Shown here: piece by piece, positions 60,079-64,000 of the stretch
Position numbering within the stretch: position 1 is the first letter of the stretch
Layout: each line of letters begins with the position of its first letter
Origin: Longimicrobiales bacterium
Lineage (GTDB): Bacteria > Gemmatimonadota > Gemmatimonadetes > Longimicrobiales > Gaopeijiaceae
DNA length: 64,000 bases
Direction: 5' to 3'
Assembly: GCA_963422615.1 (NCBI GenBank)
Contig: OY730414.1
Location: forward strand, 620,001-684,000
Notes under the pieces: model-generated
Told to the model about the DNA's origin: nothing
The model's input: only the letters and a program-made list of their open reading frames with translations
Databases searched by the model: none
Position numbers and translations under genes: made by a program

Positions 60079-60927
60079 TCAGAGCGTTTCCGCAGCGGGA
60101 ACGGAAGGGTTCTTCCCGGTCAACCGCCGCCGGGACGAGAGGAGAGCCGGGACAGCCCGGAGAGGCAGGAGGAGAAGCCCCCCGGCTCCGGCCAAGACGA
60201 GGGCCAAGGCGACGGCGACCCGGACGTCGGATTCGAGGGCGGTGTAGATGGCCAGGGGCATGGTCTGGGTGGAACCCGCGAGGTTGCCGGCGAAGAGCAG
60301 CGTGGCTCCAAACTCCCCCAGGCCCCGGGCCCAAGACAACGCGGCGCCGACGGCTATCCCCGGCAGGGCCATGGGAAGGGCCACGCGGACGAATGCGCCC
60401 GCTGACGATTGGCCGAGCGTGCGCGCGACGATCAGCAGATCCTCGTCCACCCTGCGGAAGGCGGCGGCCGCTGCCTGAATGTAGAAGGGTGCGGAGACCA
60501 CCACCTGGGCCAGGACGACAGCGGTGCTCGTGAAGGCCACTTGGAGATTGAGAGATGCCAGGACAGGCCCGAAGAGGCCGTTACGCCCGAAGGTTTCCAG
60601 CAGCGCGATGCCGATGACGGCGGGCGGTACCACGATGGGGAGGTCGACAAGGGATTCGACAACCCGTGCCCCTCGGCTGGAACGCGCGGCCATCCACCAC
60701 GCAAGCGGGGTTCCCGTCACGATCACGATCGTCAGGCTGACGACCGTCGTTCGGGCGCTGGTCCAGAGGGCTGCGACAAAGAGCGGGTGGCGGAGGCCGA
60801 ACGACAGATCCGCCAAAGAAGACGCGCCGGTCAGGGCGACCAGGGGAATCACTAGAAGCCCCAGCATCGGGACCCCGGCGAAAAATGGGGCTCTTCGGGT
60901 GAGGGGCCCTCCGGACGTCGGCTTCAC
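60079..60927 (-). CDS. modB: Molybdate ABC transporter permease
   Basis: [37 protein letters not shown]. Confidence 0.93.
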   Translation of the reverse strand: MKPTSGGPLTRRAPFFAGVPMLGLLVIPLVALTGASSLADLSFGLRHPLFVAALWTSARTTVVSLTIVIVTGTPLAWWMAARSSRGARVVESLVDLPIVVPPAVIGIALLETFGRNGLFGPVLASLNLQVAFTSTAVVLAQVVVSAPFYIQAAAAAFRRVDEDLLIVARTLGQSSAGAFVRVALPMALPGIAVGAALSWARGLGEFGATLLFAGNLAGSTQTMPLAIYTALESDVRVAVALALVLAGAGGLLLLPLRAVPALLSSRRRLTGKNPSVPAAETL

Positions 60928-61805
60928 GGCCCGGTAGGCTTGGCCGACCCGCGCGATTCGGACTGCATGGGTGGTGCGTCAGCTCCGGCCGGCGGGCTTG
61001 GTCCCGCGAAGGCACCGGGTCCGGCCGATCCGGTCAGGAACCCCCGGCGGGACAGAATCGCCCGGCCCTCCCGGGAAAAAACGAAACCGAGCCAACGCTC
61101 CGCATCCCCGGGGTTGGCGGTGCCGACGATGGCCCCGATCAGGTAGCCCGCGCGCACCCGAGCCAGGGGCGGAATCGGTATCGTCCGGACTCGTCCCGAC
61201 AGGGCGTCGGTCCGGTACACGACGGCGGCATCGGCTTCACCCAGTTCCACCTTGGCGCGGACGAGGCGAACGTTGCTTTCCTGGGAGACGACCCGCCTCA
61301 GTACGTCCGTTCGGAAGTCGGCGCCGAACTTCCCGGCAGCCATGGCGAGGGATTCGCGGGTATAGGCGCCCACCGGTGTGTTCTCCGTCCCGATGACCAG
61401 CCGCTTTGCCTGCCTCAGGTCCAGGAAGGATCGGATCTCCGCCGGGTTGTCCGGGGGAACGATTACGGCCAGCTCGTTGTGGGCAAAGACCCGGGGAGCC
61501 ACGACCAAGCCCGCACGGGCCAGGGATTCCATGTGGTGGAAGTTCGCAGACGCGAAGAGATCCGCCCCAGCACCCTGTTCGATCTGGAGGCGGAGAATCT
61601 GGCTCCCCGAAAACGTCAAGACGACATCGGTATCCCGATGGACATTCTCGAATGCCTCTTCCATTTCCTGGAAGGCTTCCATCAAGGACGACGCCGCGAA
61701 AATGTTCAAGGGCCGCCGGTCCGGCACGTTGTTGCCGCAAGCGGAAATCGCGCCCCCTCCAAGGAGGATCGACATGCGGAAAAGGCTCCCGCGGCGCCGG
61801 TTCAC
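60924..61805 (-). CDS. modA: Molybdate ABC transporter substrate-binding lipoprotein
   Basis: FAASSL, F.GS..L..QI.QGA.AD.FASA, P.G.Y, NV, GEADA..VY.TD. Lipobox ISAC. Confidence 0.92.
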   Translation of the reverse strand: MNRRRGSLFRMSILLGGGAISACGNNVPDRRPLNIFAASSLMEAFQEMEEAFENVHRDTDVVLTFSGSQILRLQIEQGAGADLFASANFHHMESLARAGLVVAPRVFAHNELAVIVPPDNPAEIRSFLDLRQAKRLVIGTENTPVGAYTRESLAMAAGKFGADFRTDVLRRVVSQESNVRLVRAKVELGEADAAVVYRTDALSGRVRTIPIPPLARVRAGYLIGAIVGTANPGDAERWLGFVFSREGRAILSRRGFLTGSAGPGAFAGPSPPAGADAPPMQSESRGSAKPTGP

Positions 61806-62953
61806 GCGGCTTCCACCCTTGTGACCTGGCCACTGAGGGAGCCGTCATACCCCGGAAGGTACGCGGTTTCGACCCGGAAACCGGGGTTGTCCAGCGTTTC
61901 AATCAGACGGGAGACCGGAGGCACCATGGCCAGGGCAGTGGGGACCACCAAGTCGAAGCGTTCCTGGGCAAGAGGGACAAACCCCAGCCCTTCGGCAAGA
62001 GCCGCGCCCTCAATGGCAATTCCGGTGTCGGCTGAACGCCAACGGACCAGTCGAGCGACTTCCCCGTGGTCCTGGGCGAGAGGCCCACGAAGCAAGGGGG
62101 AACAGGCGGCCCTCCCGCTCTCTGGTTCCAGGAACCGGGCGGCCAGCGCGTATGCACCGGAGCCCTCTTCCCGGTGGGCCAGCCTCAGCTCGGGCCGGAG
62201 CAGATCCGCTCCCCCGTCAATGCCCAAAGGGTTGCCGGGCAGGACCACGAGTCCCTGTCGCCAGCGGGTGAGGTTGACCACGAGAAGCTGTCGACCGGGC
62301 AGGGCGCGGCGGATCGCCGCCAGGTTTCCGCCCCCTGTAGAAACTCCGGACAGGTGGACGCCCGCCACATGAACCATCCCGGCTGCAAGGAGATCCAGGG
62401 CTCTTTGGCTACCCGCCCGTAGCCAAGTAACCCGGGCATCGGCGAAGCGTTGGCTCACCCGGTGGGCGACCGCGCCCAGGAGCGGTGCGCACCCGGCTAC
62501 GAGAATGTTGCGCTCCAGATCGTTGGTGCTGGCAAGGGGCTGAACAACTGCGATGGAGTCGGGAGATCCAGGGCGCCCCGGGGCTTCCGACTCCACGATT
62601 CCGTCTGCTGCCGTTGTGCCGTCGGCGGAAAGGCGGTGGGCCGCCCAGTTCCCCTCGATTCGGCCCAGCGCAACCCGGTTTCGCGTGGCGGAACCCGCCG
62701 TCAAGCCCAAGGGAAGCGAGGCCAGCCGAGCGTGGATTCCCGGTGTGGGTACCAGCTGGAACAGGTCTTCCACGGCACACTTCAGGACATGTGCCAACCG
62801 AAGTGCCAGCTCTGTAGAGGGCACCCGCTTCCCCGCCTCGATGGCCAACACCGCTTGGCGGGAAACACCGGATCGTTCCGCCAGGACGTGCTGGGACAGC
62901 CCGTGGGCCTTGCGGTGACGTCTCAGGCGGTTGTCAAGCCGAGCTTCGGACAT
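61802..62953 (-). CDS. XRE-family HTH regulator fused to a molybdate-type PBP sensing domain
   Basis: N-terminal Cro/C1 HTH (LSQ..LA...GVSRQ....IEAG...PS...AL.LA..L...VEDLF). C-terminal PBP-like motifs (GS..AL, HVAG.HL, RE.GSG, PL..ERFDLV, LPGYD). Confidence 0.88.
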   Translation of the reverse strand: MSEARLDNRLRRHRKAHGLSQHVLAERSGVSRQAVLAIEAGKRVPSTELALRLAHVLKCAVEDLFQLVPTPGIHARLASLPLGLTAGSATRNRVALGRIEGNWAAHRLSADGTTAADGIVESEAPGRPGSPDSIAVVQPLASTNDLERNILVAGCAPLLGAVAHRVSQRFADARVTWLRAGSQRALDLLAAGMVHVAGVHLSGVSTGGGNLAAIRRALPGRQLLVVNLTRWRQGLVVLPGNPLGIDGGADLLRPELRLAHREEGSGAYALAARFLEPESGRAACSPLLRGPLAQDHGEVARLVRWRSADTGIAIEGAALAEGLGFVPLAQERFDLVVPTALAMVPPVSRLIETLDNPGFRVETAYLPGYDGSLSGQVTRVEAA

Positions 62954-63004
62954 GGTGACGTCTTGTTTTCGGGGATTCAATTTTCGGAGATTCAAGTAGT
63001 TCAA

Positions 63005-63047
63005 AATGTATTTGGAAGATTACATTATGTAATATGTAGATTACATT
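63005..63047. promoter_or_regulatory. Candidate operator/promoter of the regulator-modABC operon
   Basis: AT-rich stretch with inverted repeats ATTACAT-t-ATGTAAT (63019-63033) and ATGTA-gat-TACAT (63034-63046), plus direct repeat AGATTACATT at 63017 and 63038. Confidence 0.65.
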
Positions 63048-63244
63048 TGCGAAAGCTCTTCCGCCGAGAAGACCCCATGCCCGCCGGCCCGTCGGCCGAT
63101 CCAGCCGGGCCAAGCACCTGCTGCACTGACGACGTGGCCCGCAGGAGAATCCAGTCAGGTGAGGGGACGACGTTTGGGTCCGCCGCCTGCGCTTGGCCGA
63201 CACCCCATTCCGGAGGACGAAGGGCAGTGGTGCGTCGCCGGATA

Positions 63245-63273
63245 TTTACATTCGCGTGAAAATACTCTATATT
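63245..63273 (+). promoter_or_regulatory. Sigma70-type promoter candidate
   Basis: TTTACA-N17-TATATT about 60 nt upstream of the ATG at 63336. Confidence 0.55.
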
Positions 63274-63335
63274 TTCCCAGCACAGATCTGGGCGGACGCA
63301 GGGGGCTCATTCAGCAGAAAGGATAGGTTGCAACC

Positions 63336-63758
63336 ATGAATAGCAAGAAACCGAGGAGTAGCAAGAGACCGATTTGGGGGCCATTCGCAGCCCTGGCATT
63401 GGTGTTGGGTGCGTGCCAGGAAGCCACTGAACCCGAACCAGACGACTACGCCGATATTCGGGCCACCCTGACCGAGGTGCATTGGGCGCTGGCCGAAACC
63501 GGCGGCCCCGTCTCCTTCAATAGGTACGGAATCACGTCCGTGGGTGGGGAGAAGCAGAGCCAGAACCTATTGGCCGACGACCCGGATCCCGATTGTAAGG
63601 ACGATCAGAGTACGGACAAAGACGACGATGGGGCATGGGAATGCATCGTCTACCATCTTTTGTTCGTCTGCGATGAACTGCAAGTTGAATTTTCCGGTAA
63701 GGGAAAAGGGAAGAGCGGAGAAGACGGGGTTGTACATTACCATTGCAAGCAGTCCTGA
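63336..63758 (+). CDS. Hypothetical lipoprotein (140 aa)
   Basis: Basic N-terminus, lipobox LGAC, acidic mature part with four further Cys. Upstream promoter and AAGGA RBS. Confidence 0.65.
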   Translation: MNSKKPRSSKRPIWGPFAALALVLGACQEATEPEPDDYADIRATLTEVHWALAETGGPVSFNRYGITSVGGEKQSQNLLADDPDPDCKDDQSTDKDDDGAWECIVYHLLFVCDELQVEFSGKGKGKSGEDGVVHYHCKQS

Positions 63759-63821
63759 TGGAACGAGCTGTCTAACCGGCAATGTGAGAGCATAAGCGAT
63801 GATCGCCGCCCCCTGCGTTCA

Positions 63822-64000
63822 TCAGAAGATGTTCCCCTCTTCTTCTCCCCGTTCCCCCGAGCGAGGTTTCCCGAAGCGAGTGTGGCGGAACGCCGCGATG
63901 TCCAGGGTGTGGGAGTGCCCGACCGCCACCAGCTCCGAGACGGCAAGTCCGGTAGCGGGGGCGTGCATGATGCCGTGGCCGGAGAAGCCGCACGCGTCGA
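63822..64000 (-). CDS. C-terminal end of a FAD-dependent DAO/sarcosine-oxidase-family oxidoreductase (truncated by window edge)
   Basis: Manual translation DACGFSGHGIMHAPATGLAVSELVAVGHSHTLDIAAFRHTRF...EGNIF*. Confidence 0.85.
   Translation of the reverse strand, partial: DACGFSGHGIMHAPATGLAVSELVAVGHSHTLDIAAFRHTRFGKPRSGERGEEEGNIF

Overview
High-GC bacterial chromosomal window, densely coding (about 55 CDS). Gene content and style suggest Gemmatimonadota (inference only). No rRNA, tRNA, CRISPR array, integrase or transposase was recognised. In order: 5'-truncated tamB, htpX, uvrA, CesT/YbjN-like chaperone, pspA, class IV aminotransferase; an orphan NYN gene; a heme-copper oxidase operon (triheme lipoprotein cytochrome c, an unlisted 59-aa membrane protein, subunits II-I-III-IV-III, a CPVC membrane peptide, convergent TlpA); a lower-GC patch with a 90-bp duplication and a Cys-rich secreted ORF; EEP nuclease; lutABC and HIT; POT transporter, creatininase-family, SprT-like, beta-propeller and LVIVD proteins; atl, HEAT-cyclophilin and a giant M14 peptidase; a Tat-exported xanthine-oxidase-family molybdoenzyme with its own cytochrome b; desaturase; M81 peptidase with a DAACS symporter; DUF885; Tat-type NAD(P) enzymes including a frameshifted paralog; a decayed gene; phoX; an OM barrel; modABC behind an XRE-PBP regulator with a candidate operator; and the 3' end of a DAO-family oxidoreductase. 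Most notable: the A1-type oxidase keeps all metal ligands and the HPEVY motif but, by manual alignment, has lost the K-channel residues. It has gained intramembrane Glu residues in helices IV, VIII and IX, alongside E/H/D in the subunit II membrane helices, which suggests a re-wired proton or cation pathway.
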